DNA of 64,000 nucleotides from Bispira polyomma (Eukaryota): NCBI GenBank assembly GCA_965649765.1, contig OZ287751.1, positions 80,662,001 to 80,726,000 of the forward strand, read 5' to 3'. Shown piece by piece: positions 47,762 to 61,100 of this stretch (position 1 is its first letter; each line of letters starts with the position of its first letter). The notes under the pieces were generated by a model. It saw only the letters and a program-made list of their open reading frames with translations, ran no database searches and was not told where the DNA came from. The position numbers and the translations under genes were made by a program.

Positions 47762-50700
47762 CTGTTAAACAAACATATATTCACTAAGACAAAACAAAGG
47801 TGTAACTTTGGATTGGTGTAGGGTCAGATGTCAATATCTTTTTTCATTCTGAAAAGGGCATGCCATCTTGGAAAATATGTAAGGCCTTTATGGATTGGTT
47901 AGAAGCAATTGATCCGGCCAAACAGAGGGGTGTCCAATTTTTTGGTTATTCAATGTTAGTGTACTTCACACTGTGCGACTGTGTTTTTTTTAAAGAGATA
48001 ACTCTTTTAGAGAAAGAAGCAGAATGTTAAGACCAATGTTCAATAACTCTTAGTTCAACAAAAATTGTATTGCACTAAGTTCTATTATTTCAATATTTGA
48101 TTTCATGAACTCCCAAGTTTCCCTATTGTTTTATACTAAAATACCTCTTCTAAATTATTAGCCTTTTATTATCCAAACAAAACAGGTTTGGATAATAGTA
48201 ATTAAAATGAAAGTATATGTATAAAAATTAAATTGGTTCACTGATTCTGTTGATGCACTTTAGAAGATGCCTAGCATCAATAAAGTGCATTTAAAATATG
48301 CATAATAATAATAATAGTAATACCGGATATGATATCATACTGGAACTTCATCTCAGACAGTGCTCTGGTGACAAAAATAGATTCGGTGGAACCCCTACGG
48401 TTGTAAAAAGGCCCGCTGGAGGAGATTAAGACTCGAAGGTGAGATGTGGAATCTGTGGAAAATGCACCTGGTAACCATACTTCTATCTCATCAACTAATG
48501 TCAGATCAACACCTTCAAAACGACTAAAAATACATACCCAAAACATACACATCAGTGCATGTTACTGTAAATTGTACATACATCCTTGGCTAATATTCTC
48601 GTAGGTATAATCAAACGGTACTTGGCTCAAACTAATACTGGACTCAAATCTGGATTCTCTACAACTCTGGATACAGTAAACATAGCTATAATCTTAATTC
48701 ATATTTGAATTCAGTGTTAAAATAAATGATCACAAGTATAGGTTATTTCCATGAACAATGATTTCCACATGGCCTATATTTGAGTTGAGTATGTGTTTAA
48801 GCTGAATATACATTCGAGAATACGGGCCCAGACAACTAATTTGCATAAGAAAAAGTACCAAGGCTCATTCTAGCGAGAGATCGTACTATCAAATGATTCT
48901 TGTATAAGTAGAGATATGTCTTATGGTCCTTTATGATTCGATGTAAAAAGGTTCAACTGTTGTTTTTTAGTAATACCACAGCATAATGTTATATTCTACG
49001 AATATTATATATCCCAAATGCTAATGACTGAAACATTTCATTGCACTGATATGCATGAATATGTAATTAGTAAGACCATTGAAAGGTTAGAAAGTTACAC
49101 ACAAATGGTCACACTCATGTATTAATAATTTCATAAGATGCACACATATTACATAATAAGATAATTATGATTCAAAAGGTCTTAAACTGATGATTTTGTT
49201 AAATGATCTCACAAGAAGTGACACATTGTATTTAAAAAAGGTCTTACGGGTGGTCCAGAGGCAGCGTGTAGTAGAGTAACCTGGATTCTCTGAACATTTT
49301 CATAGGGCACATTACCCTGTCAGTACAATTTTCCCAGGCATTTGGATCATCCTGAAGTTAATCACAAAATTCTGCCTTAACATCACTGTATATTAAAATC
49401 TACAAATATTGCAATGATGGTTGAAGTCAACCAATATTACATTTTAATTTAATTCTATGGCTGTTATGTGTGTAAATGTGTGTAGGTTTATAGTCTGATA
49501 TCATCTCTATTAAGGTGTAAGCTGACTCTACAGTTTACACCCAAGCCTGGGTTCTTCCACTTGTTAACCAATTGTTCAGTTTCAGCTCCTTCAGACCACA
49601 ATCCCCCACAATTCTCAAGCTGCTAAACTTGGACTAAAGCTCTATTATATCCAAAGCTAATATACATTCAAGTTCTCTAAATTTTACCTTTTTATCATCT
49701 GGTTTTATACTACAATACTAGCCTCTTCCATTTATTAATAAACACCAAAATGCTGGTATCTGAATAAATCATCTGTTTCCCCAAGGCGATATTGCCTATG
49801 TTTTAAACTAATATCCATAAGACTCTAACTTACAACAATATCTATGTCAATACTCAAGCTGCTTCTCCTGCTGAAGTACTGAGAATTCAGCTTAGCCTGG
49901 TTGATATTGCTCAGTAAGGACTGGACATTGTAAGAGAAGTCAGGATGTGCTCCTTCTGGACAGGGAAGTAACTCCTCGTAGTAATAGGCCTGAAGAATAA
50001 ATAAAAAACATACAAAGCATTGGTGGTACAGGGCTAACACACTTGCCTCCCACCTCTGTGGTTTAGCTTCGAAGCTTGACAAGGGGCTTTTAGTGGGAAA
50101 GCTGGTTGTTACTTGTCAGATGGTCACTGGTTTACAGTGTAGATTCTTCACTGACTTGTAGTATACACTGGCTTCCTCTAGCAATGAAACTGTCCGTCAT
50201 GATATGACCTATACAATGTGTTAAAAGCGAGGTTAACCCCAAATCCAAATCAAATACATCCCTAGCTGAGGTTTAGTTTGCTTAGCTCATTTTGGTTGAA
50301 CTTTGAGTCGTATCCAACACATCAGAATAGACACTTTACTGGTGGAAGAACAGAATATGTAGTTGGCTAACATTTTCTCTGCTCTGCAAACCAACAGTTG
50401 TCAGCAAGTCTACTGCCCACTTTCCCACACATACACACCAGGAATATGACTTGAATGTATGACTGCAAATGTCTTATCATTACTACCCCAATACATTGGC
50501 CAAGGCCTACAGAGCTTGACAAAATCATGTTATTAATATTATTCTCAGTTATTTTGTGGAGCTTATCAACTTTCGAAAATTCAAAATGGCCACCATTTTT
50601 GGGGAGAGGAAATTTTTATCAAAATTGCCAAGAGTACATTGATCGGTTACCCTGTGGGTCGAAAATTTCAATGAAATCGCTCTATCTCGCACGGTTAAGG

Positions 50701-53700
50701 AGATAGAAGCAAATTTGTGTTTTTCCAGTTTTTAAAAAATTAGCTATTACTCACTTAGCTATAGTTACAACGCTATCACCGACCAAAAGCTATCCTGGCC
50801 AAACTATTGACACAGTTATCCTTCATATAAATTTTTGTGAAGCTAGAAAACATTGTTTTTCTTTAAAATGCTTAAAATAAAAAAGCTACTCAAAGTAGCT
50901 GAGTAGCTATTACTCAGTCAGTTCTATATCTATTATCACTAAAAACAATCCCAAGCAAGCTATTGACCTAAATATTGCTCATACCAAATTTGGTAAAGAT
51001 AGGATAAATACTTTTCTTGAACATAGGTTAAATACTTTTCTTTTGAAATGCTTAAAATGAAAAAAGCTACTCAAAGTAGCTAAGTAGCTATTACAGAGTG
51101 AGTTATATAGCTATTATCACTAAAAGCAATCCCAAGCAAGCTATTGACCTAACTATTGATCATACCAAATTTGGTAAAGATATGTCAAATATTTTTTCTT
51201 AAAATGCCCGGAAACCAAAGAAGTACATAAAAGTAAGTAAGTAGCTATTACTCAGTTAGCTATAGAGCTATCTTCATCAAAAGCAATCCCATGCAAGCTA
51301 TTAACCCAATAAACACCCATACCAAATTTGGTAAACATAGGATAAATACTTTTCCTTGAAATGACTGGAAACCAAGCGTGACGGACTGCGGGTGCTGGAC
51401 GCCGGAAAAAGCAAAAATAATATGTCCACCCCCCATTGGGGTGGACATAATAATACACGAAAATTCAATATTTTGGTTAAAGACCCTTGTAATTTTATGG
51501 ATTATTTTATATAATTTCCGTTTGCATTGTAGGAGAGTATAAAACGATAAACATTATGATATCTAATTACTCTACATCAAAACAACCCAAAAGCACATAA
51601 TTTTTTTATAATAAAAACAACTACGATTGCAGGGTAGTCATTAGCTGCTTCCAGCCCCTATATGGACCCCGGTATTTAGCATACCACCCTACGATAGTTA
51701 ACATCCTGCTTACTGATAATTATCAAGCTACATGAAATACATGGAATACCTGACAATACTGGATGAGTTGGTCATTGAGTTCTAACATGATGTCATAGTT
51801 CTGCTCAGCATACCGTATCACAGTCTCTGCCTGTTTGTCACAGTCAGCTTGGACCGCCTCAAAATACTCTTCGTACCTATCCTGCATCTCCTGTTTAGTC
51901 TTTAGCAGGGCATCTGTAGTCACATAGCGCCTAATGTTGGTGGCATACTCGATCATAGACCTGGGAAGAGAGCAGTAATCTGATAGAATCGACTACTTGT
52001 GCTTTTAGGTGCCTGGTGGCCTAGTGGTTAGGGAGGTGGTTTGATGATTAGAAGATTCTGGGTTCTAATCCCGGTACAGGAAGCTAGTTTCATTGGTCGG
52101 ATAACTTCAACAGGCAAAATGTGTCGTCTTTCACTGGGTTCTATTCCCAATGGAAGGCTGATTATTCTTAAATAGTTACTTGAAAAAGGATTTGTAGGAA
52201 GTGAGTAAAAGAAACATTAGGGAGTTGTGTATAAAATAGCTTTAAGAACCTGTTGGAACTGAATTAGGATGAACATATATATATATATATATTAATGTCA
52301 TCAGCATTTGAGTTAAAATTTGTATAGGCTCTGGAATAGGTTATTCCATTTTTTCCATATTTTTCCGAAGTCATCATAATTTGAATTTAGGGTGTTGTAC
52401 TTGATAATAAAATAATTTTAGGAGGGACTCATAAAAGTTAAATAATGACTAGTTTGAGGGATATATGTTCATAGTTTACCTTGTTAAAGCCTCTCCCCAG
52501 TTGGACAAATCAAAGCAAGCAAAACTGAAAGCCATAGCTCCTTCAATATCCCTGAACAATGGCTCACGGAATATCACATCAATCTGTATTGGTACAATAA
52601 ACTCCCAAACTTACTTAAGTACAGTCTCATAATAGGTTTTCGTAAGGCTGTACAATAACATGATTTTGCAGTGGAATTATAGTTGTTTAGCAGTTCAAAA
52701 TGAAACAGTATCAGCCATGTGGCTATAGTCATGAAGGGATGCTAAAAACAAAAAAGGCCTGACAAAAGTCATATATTACTCTCAAAAACACACAACTTCT
52801 TAGAGCTTGCTAACTTTAGTCAAAGTTATATATTCAAACATTAAACTACTGAAATATGTAAAATAGTACATTAAAACATAATTTACAATCACTGGCTTTG
52901 CGTTGGTTCCTGCTTGTTGGGCAGTTTGTAAATTTGCAACAACTATCGAGCCAACATAAGCCAATAATGGCATATTGCAGCAAAGATTGCAGATTCTAAA
53001 ACAATATATTCTAAAATATTTAGATTAAGAAACATTCGGGGATCTTTATTATTTTAGAGATTCGCATCCAGTTTTAACAAGACATTTGTAAATTATTATT
53101 TATAAGTAAAAAAGGAATAAATACTAAGACATGTATGTATACTGGAACTTATGGACTATAATTTCAGTTGTCTGATTATAAGCCAGTTTAAAAGTGTCAC
53201 TGCAGAAACAGACCTGGTATTTGAAGTTGGTCCATTCAGGTAGGATGACGTACAAGCCGGCCACAGATTCTACATTATCCATATAACGCATATAATCACC
53301 CGCTGCAATACAACAAAAGAACTGCATAACTCTGGAACAGTTCAAAGGACAGTTTTTTTATAACACATTTTTATAACAAATGGAATTTGCACCCGCAATA
53401 GTAATTTATTGTTTGAAATTAACTGACTAAGAGCTATGTACATGATGTTGAAAAATGCTGTGTCTCTATCCAATAATGATGTATAAAAGTTATGAAATAA
53501 AAATACAGCTTTACAAGATCTTACAAGGGCGTAGCTATTGTTAACCCCAGTACGCCCAGGCGTACCAATTTAATGAAAGGCAAAAAAAAAAATATACTTA
53601 ATAAAATTTAATGGAAGATAGAAGGAGCGCCCCCCCCCCCCACACCCCCCCAATTGGGGAATACCAAATGAAAATCCTGGCTACTCCTCTGACTTATTGC

Positions 53701-56700
53701 TATAATGTACAGGGTACACAGGGGATGTTTTTAGAATACTTCACCAGTGTGCTTTATAAGATCAGTCAGAACTATTAATACATCTAGCATGTAGTGACTG
53801 TGTTTGTCTGAGCTAAGATGCCTTGCCGTTAAGCTCATATACTAACATAGTGGACTATTATTGAGCTAAAGCCCACTTGATTATACTGGTTACAGCATGC
53901 AACACTCTGGTTAAAAGTAATTTATGATGAAAACGACACACATCAGTAGGTTTATATGATTTACGCAATCTGATTCTATTCAGCCATTAGTCAGCCAACA
54001 GTCAGTGATTGCACTTTGAAAGGCCTTAGATTCTCAAGTTCTGTAGGTGTCAGCAATAATTTGTGTTAAGTAACACAAATATACTACTTATTCCTTTCAG
54101 ATAGGAATAACCTGTACAAATCAGTGCCTTTGTAGAAGTGCCAAAAGTTGTAAAAAACCCAAACAAACCTGGATCAAGCCTCTTGTCTGTACCATCCCTT
54201 TACTAAATGTTTATTTGCAATATAGTGGTTTTTGTCGCAATCATGATAATAAACAAACCAACCAACAAAGAGAGTACAGAACCCCCCTTAGTCGAGGTAC
54301 TAAATGTAGTACAAGTAAATACACCTATATTACAGGCTAGTAAGCCCCCACATCATTTCTTACAACCTTGTTTCTTTGGACTGCTCTTGGTAAAATAATT
54401 CTGTTGTTGCACTTTTAGAGATGCCTTGCATCAATAAGATGAGTTAAATGTAACACAATACAGTACAAAATAGGTAATGGATGACCATCAGTGGCCAATT
54501 ACTTGCAATGATCTCATCAGCAATGATCAGGAAAGCTTCCAGTTCTTCCATTGTTTTGGCCAAGTTTTCCATAGTCACTTCCAGTAGTTCTAGGGCTGCT
54601 ATCACACTTCCAACTGCATCAGCGATATCAGCAACAACACCCTAACCATGTACATACAGAAGTGTGCATACATCACAGTCGGTCCATGAGATCAGTCATT
54701 AACAGGTAATGACTAAAAATTTTAGTCATTAAATATAACGGGTGGTCTAATATTACCACAGATTCCTGCAAGTGTTATACAATGTTTTGGGGACCCTGTG
54801 TCAAATAGTTTTGGGAGTAGTATTTCATCATTCTACATCTGGATATGTTGTAACACACACTGGATATTATAAGGAATGTGCCAGTTCACATTAAAAAATG
54901 AATTATTTTTGTATGCAGTGTGTAAGCTACATACCATCTTATTAAAATTTGGATTGTATTTCACTAGTGCTGGTTTGCCAACCTTTAGAATTGTCAAGCA
55001 TGGAGAGCTCTAACTGTATTATCCACAGAAACTAAAGCTCAAAGTGAGACCCAACTCAAGTGAAGGCAATATTTAACTCCTTGTACTTTAAATGACCTAT
55101 ACTTGTGACCATTCATTTTAATAAAGCTTTAACTGCTGAATTCAAATATAGTCACATTTTATGTATCTTGCCTTTTTGGCCAGAGAAAGGAAGACCTTAT
55201 GGTTGAACTTGTGTCTGAGTTTAGCTTAAGATGTTGGAGAATAGGAGCACAACAACCTAAAATTATTAGATTAAATGTATCTTAATTGCTCCATATACAA
55301 AGGTTAACTGGACTACACTCTTTATCAGACCAAACATACCCTAGCTCAACAGGGGAGATTCCAAAGGCTATCTTGACCACACTCCCTATGAGATCAAACA
55401 TACCCTAGTTCCACAAGGGAGATTCCAAATGCTAAGTTAATAGAACTCCCTATCAGATCAAACATACCGCAGCTCCACAGGGAAGATTCCAAAGGCTAAC
55501 TTAACCACACTCCCTATTAGGCCAAACATAGCCTAACTTAATAGCACTCCCTATGAGATCAAACATACCGCAGCTCCACAGGGAAAGATTCCAAAGGCTA
55601 ACTTGACCACACTCCCTATGAGACCAAACATGGCCTTCCTGATCTCTGCTTTGATCCACTCATGTAGTCCATCTCTGAAGTCATCTGCTGCCACCTGGAG
55701 CTCTTGTCGTGAGATGTTGTATTCTACATACACACTGTGTAGTACATATATAGCATACCAATACATCAGTATATTAGGACATTGATACAGTGTGAGCTCT
55801 ATTAGCCAAACTTCTATAGTCTGAATATTCATGAATATTTGTGAATACACTATCAATTTCCCAAATTTATGATGAAAATGCCTTTTCCTTTTTAATGAAC
55901 CTTCTTTTATCCAAACAAAATGTTATTGTTCTAGAATGTTTGGATAATAAAGATTTTCCTGTACTTTTGATAGTTTAATAATTACTTTTCTCAGCTGATA
56001 AGATTTCTGTATTTGTTTTACTTTTACTTATAACAAGTAAATTACTACATTATTGGCCCTGTTATGTTCATAAACATACATAACAGATCTAACACAGTTA
56101 ACACTATTGATAGTGTTAATGTTCAACAATTCATGGTACCAATAACTGTATACAGAAAGGACAATGTTTAGGAACTTTTACTTCTAAATATGTTACCAGA
56201 TGAGAGACTTGGAAACTTAGTATTAGGCACGATAGAGGCTATTGCTTTAAAACAGAAATGCATCTTCTATTTGATGAACCTTCTAATTTCTAAACAAAAA
56301 TTTTGATCTCCCAACATGTCCAGATAATAGAGGTTCAATTATGTAATTTAGCATTGTATAAAGTTATATATAACTAACCTTCTTTTGAATCTTTCTACTA
56401 TCCAAACAAGCTACTGCCCATCCAGAACATGTTCGGATAAAACAGGTTCTTTACTATAGCTTTGACTGTGATAAAGCCATGTTTTTTAAACACACTCACC
56501 TCTGGTAGACTTCTGCAGAGATGTCTAGATTGGATTTGGCATGCTGCTGTAGGATCAATGCCTGGCTGACTATTGTATCTGTCCAGATGAGGACCAGCTG
56601 CCCGACATTATCAACGAAAGCCTGGCATTCCATCTGGTCATCCAACATGTCTTGAAAGACTTCGTTGTAAATTGATATCTGGTCATAGAATATCTGCAGT

Positions 56701-58136
56701 GTGTTCACGTAGAAGAGCTGCGTATAGTAAGGCGCCCAGTGGACATCATTGCGACCGATGCTGGTAAACTCCGATCTCACTGTTCGTACATGGTCTAGGA
56801 AATGGTGCTGTTCCGTTGTGTAGCTTCTTGCACGCGCTAAGTCATCGATGATGTCCCAGCCAATACGGTTGTTGTTTTCTGTGGTGGAAGACAGCAGCAT
56901 CTTGGCACATAGCAGGGATAGTTTCTGGAAGGTGAGATCCGATGGCAGCCCATAGATGACGGCACTGCCGATGTCCACGCCGAACTCTGGACCAAGGTGG
57001 TTGAAAGTGATGCTGGGATCTGCCTCGTAGTTGATGATAATTTGACGAGCATGAAGGTACATAGACCATTGGAAGTCTACACTGGTGTCCACATATAGTG
57101 TCTGTACATAGACAAATACACGCTGGGCTACATCTGGGCTGGCTACAAAATGAACACGATTTATTATCCAAATTTAAAAAAAACTAATAGTAATGGTGAA
57201 AAAGGGTATAATTACAGTTTTATATTTTTGACTACAGTAAAAAGTATAGACGGAATTTTATAGAATTGTCACAAAGGTCAGATTTATTTTTGACTGAAAT
57301 ATTTTTTGTCGATTTTTTTAAGATACTTCCTTTAAAAGTAAATGTCATATACTTATACAGGATCATTTATGGCAAATATGGCTGATAGATGTGCATACAA
57401 ATTGCATGACATTTAATCAAGAATTTCACATGATAAACTATTGAAAGTAAATCATTATGTGTTGATATACAATTCGTTTAATTGGTAAAAACATAAATAC
57501 TATACAAATAATTAAAGCATCTGCAAGTTGGTATGTATCGGGAATATATACTGATCAAAATAAAATAGGATTCAGACACCTAAAAGTTTAAAATTTCAAA
57601 CATGTGGAGAATTTAAATCACACATACATATCAAAATAATTAAAATTCTTCACACTTTTGAAATTACCAACATTTTTATGTCTGAGTCCTATTTTATTTT
57701 GACCAGTGTATATTTCAGAGCATACTGCAGGGTTGTGTGTTTGTCCTGTTGTGTACGCCCGTTACTTGTTTGTGTTTGTATCAGTGTTTTGTTAAAATTA
57801 TTGTTTTAATTAAAAAGACAAAAAAAATTATTATCAAATAATTTATGACATGATTAAGTGTCTCCTATTTACTAGCTGTGTCACCCAAGTGTATAGATAG
57901 AGAGATAATTTATTTAATATAGTGCCATCTGCATATACATAAAACATGAACTATATAATACATTAGCTAGGCAGCCTGCCCAACATAACCTGGGCTTATA
58001 AAGCACTGCATACAGATTCATATTTAGATTTACAGCAAACAGTATCTAGCATTCATTTTCTAAAAGAATGCAAGTCTCTCAATTTTGTAGAAGTTACAGT
58101 CAAAAATGAATTCATCTTCAATATCTTGGTCATATA

Positions 58137-58169
<33 letters not shown>

Positions 58170-61100
58170 AATGGGGACCTGACTGCTAATGGGTATCAGT
58201 CTCTATGCCATATATGTGGCAGCAAGGATAGTATATGCTTTCTGACGAAGCCAAAAGTGATTTTTAAATTTATTTTTTTTGAATTGGGATATTGAACGTC
58301 CACTCTGGTACCTGTTTAGGTTATATTGGGAAAAGATCAATGTTTTGCACTGATCTCCAGCGGCCCAAAGTAAACCACTGGTTGAGGAGTAGAAGAAGAA
58401 AGGCTTGGGGTGTGAATTGTAAAGTAGGATGAGACCTCAAACCCACCCAGCTGTGTTCTGCTGTTGTTCGTGCAATATTGATGATAATCATTCAATGTAC
58501 CCTAAACTCCCTCGTAATAGCCCATGGGCTTTTAACTTGAACTTAAGGAAATGTAGGGGATGGGCTCTAAAGAGAATGTGGTTTTTTTCATTCAAAATAT
58601 AAACAGTGTTTATACAAAACTAGGGGTGGGCTCTTATGAGAGCATGGGCTAATACAAGGGAGTTTAGGGTATGCAAATTATACATATACATAATAATAAA
58701 ATCATTCTCTTTATGCCCAACCATAAATAGACATTGTATTTACTTATCCTGCTGGGTATGTCACTCAGTTTCAGGTAGAAATCCCTGATTATGACATCAG
58801 CATTGATACTGTCTAATCCTGGAGGATGGGATATTGAGCCACAAAGACTGTAGCATTCACCCGACGTACAAGTGGCATCATCGTAGATGGTGTTCACTGT
58901 GTCACTGGCATAGATTAACATTCTGAAAAGGGGAAAAGTGAAAGAGTCTCTGCAAAAATCTTCTGATTGAAGTCACTTCTCTGACTAAAACATGCTGCAA
59001 GCTAAGGTCATAGTGACAATGCAAACGTGACAGCACAGAAGTGGAACATGACATTTTCTAACCAACAGAAGTGTCACAAATTGGTACCTTTAAAACCATT
59101 TAAATTAAGAACAATATAATATAGCTGGTGAATTGAACCATGAAATGAAAACAAAAATAACATATAGTCTTGTTATGGCTAAATATTAAAATCTGTTTTC
59201 TTCTTAAACACTTGTTCTAAAAGAGCAATGCAGGAGTTTACTGTTTAAATTTTGGGTAAAACATATGTTCCCATGAAGCTTTGGACACCTTTCGGTTATA
59301 TTAGATTGCAGGATACTGTTGGTGGACAATATATAATAAGAGCCCAAACTACCAACCTTTGGCTGTAAATGCCCATGTAGTTTGGATACAGAAACGTGTT
59401 ACTCAGTTGGACAGTAGCTCTGGAACCTTCAATTTTCATTTTTCCAGCCAGGTTTGTACCTATAGAAGTTACAAAAAGAAAAACAGCAGTTTTTGTTATT
59501 AACCAGTGGAGTTTTTCCTAATTTTTCTCTCAGCTCATATGCAAGTCTAGACATGTTGGCACAGGTCCAATATAAAAACAATCAAACTTACTGTTATTAT
59601 CAAGATAGCTTCATCTTGATTACGGGGTACACAGCACTTTCTACCATCTCCTTATATCATTTTTCCTTATTTTTTATACTTAAGATTGTTTGGCACGGAG
59701 GATGAGGACCATGTTATAATATATCTATTTTTTACTTTATTTGTTTGTTAAATACGTCTAGTAATTACCACATTTTTCCTCATATCTTTCCTCGCTTTAA
59801 CGAATATGTGTCAAAAGATAGATATGCAAGTAAAAGCATGGGTTTGCGAATATATATAGGATATATTTGTTAACGCTTTGTCATTTCTTGTAAGTCGCGA
59901 TGAAGCCCCCATTTCTAACTTTGGTTTCAACCACTAGAGGTCGACACACTACAGTCTTTTTTTGTAAACAAATAGATAATAGATTATATAGATAAATAAA
60001 TATTACCGGTACTTTTCAACTATAAGCGGGGACTTACTAGTGGATTTTTACACCAATGTCCATAGGTTTGTGTGTTGATTTCTTTTTGCAGAACCGAAAA
60101 GACTTTTTATGACATTTAGCAGCCCTGCAATCTTAGTTAGTTGTTCTTCTGATGAAAACTGTACTTTTTATTTTATGGTAAGTGTGCTTATGTAATGTAT
60201 GAACAATTGATAGAGTAAGCTAAGCTTTCATATTGTTATAATCTAAACAATAATAAAGGAAATTAGACATAAACTTTTGAAATTGGACTGTGTTTTCAAT
60301 GCCTATCAAATCGGGGCAATGATAACCGTTGATATCATTTCAGCACCAATTCTATAGGTCAATCATCAGGAATTAATAACTGTTTAGTCTTTTAACAAGT
60401 CTTCTTGTTTTTTTTGGCATAATTTTGGTTTATATAATTATAAATACTGCTATTTAAGTACACAGTATATAAACAGTTTTATGTTTCTATATGTCTGTAT
60501 CTATTTATACACAGAACACTTGGTATAAGAGGTATATGAAGATAATTAAGTTCTCATCAAACCCACTTCTTAATTCATTTGTTCTACATAACTTTAAGAT
60601 ATCAACTATCTCCTGTCAAATTTCTGCCCTTTTTGTATAATTCTCTCTGTACATTTGCAAAATACATGTTTTGATTCAGACATTTGACCTTACACCACCA
60701 GAAAAACGGCGGGCAGTATATTTGACCAGATCACACAGGTGGTGCTGGTTTCAGCCATTCCATTGATTTTGCTGGATTAAATCATAACGTACCCCTGACC
60801 ACCCTGTAGACAGCATTAGTAGCATTCCCTCCACAGTTATCTGCAGCCCAGCCATTGTGACATCTGACGTCACATAGATTCTCTTCAGAATTCCCATGTC
60901 TGCCAAAAGAGTTACCACAGGCACACTGTCCACCATTAAAGATACCTACAGGGAGAAAGGCAGGTAGACTTCTCTATGTAAATGTCACATTTCTATTGAT
61001 ACAGGGGGATACTTATAATCTAAATATACAACTAGTACTGTATACACTAATTGAGAAAATTAGACAAGGTTCACTGGAATTTATTTTCACTATTGGCTAT

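Noticed and set aside
48581-48667. Possible extra exon in gene B (SCRESRFESS...)
   Set aside because: No counterpart in gene A and the wrong end phase; the required phase 0-2 exon is 49248-49351.
49687-49775. Possible exon in gene B between the A15 and A17 equivalents
   Set aside because: Stop codons in the usable frames and no homology to gene A.
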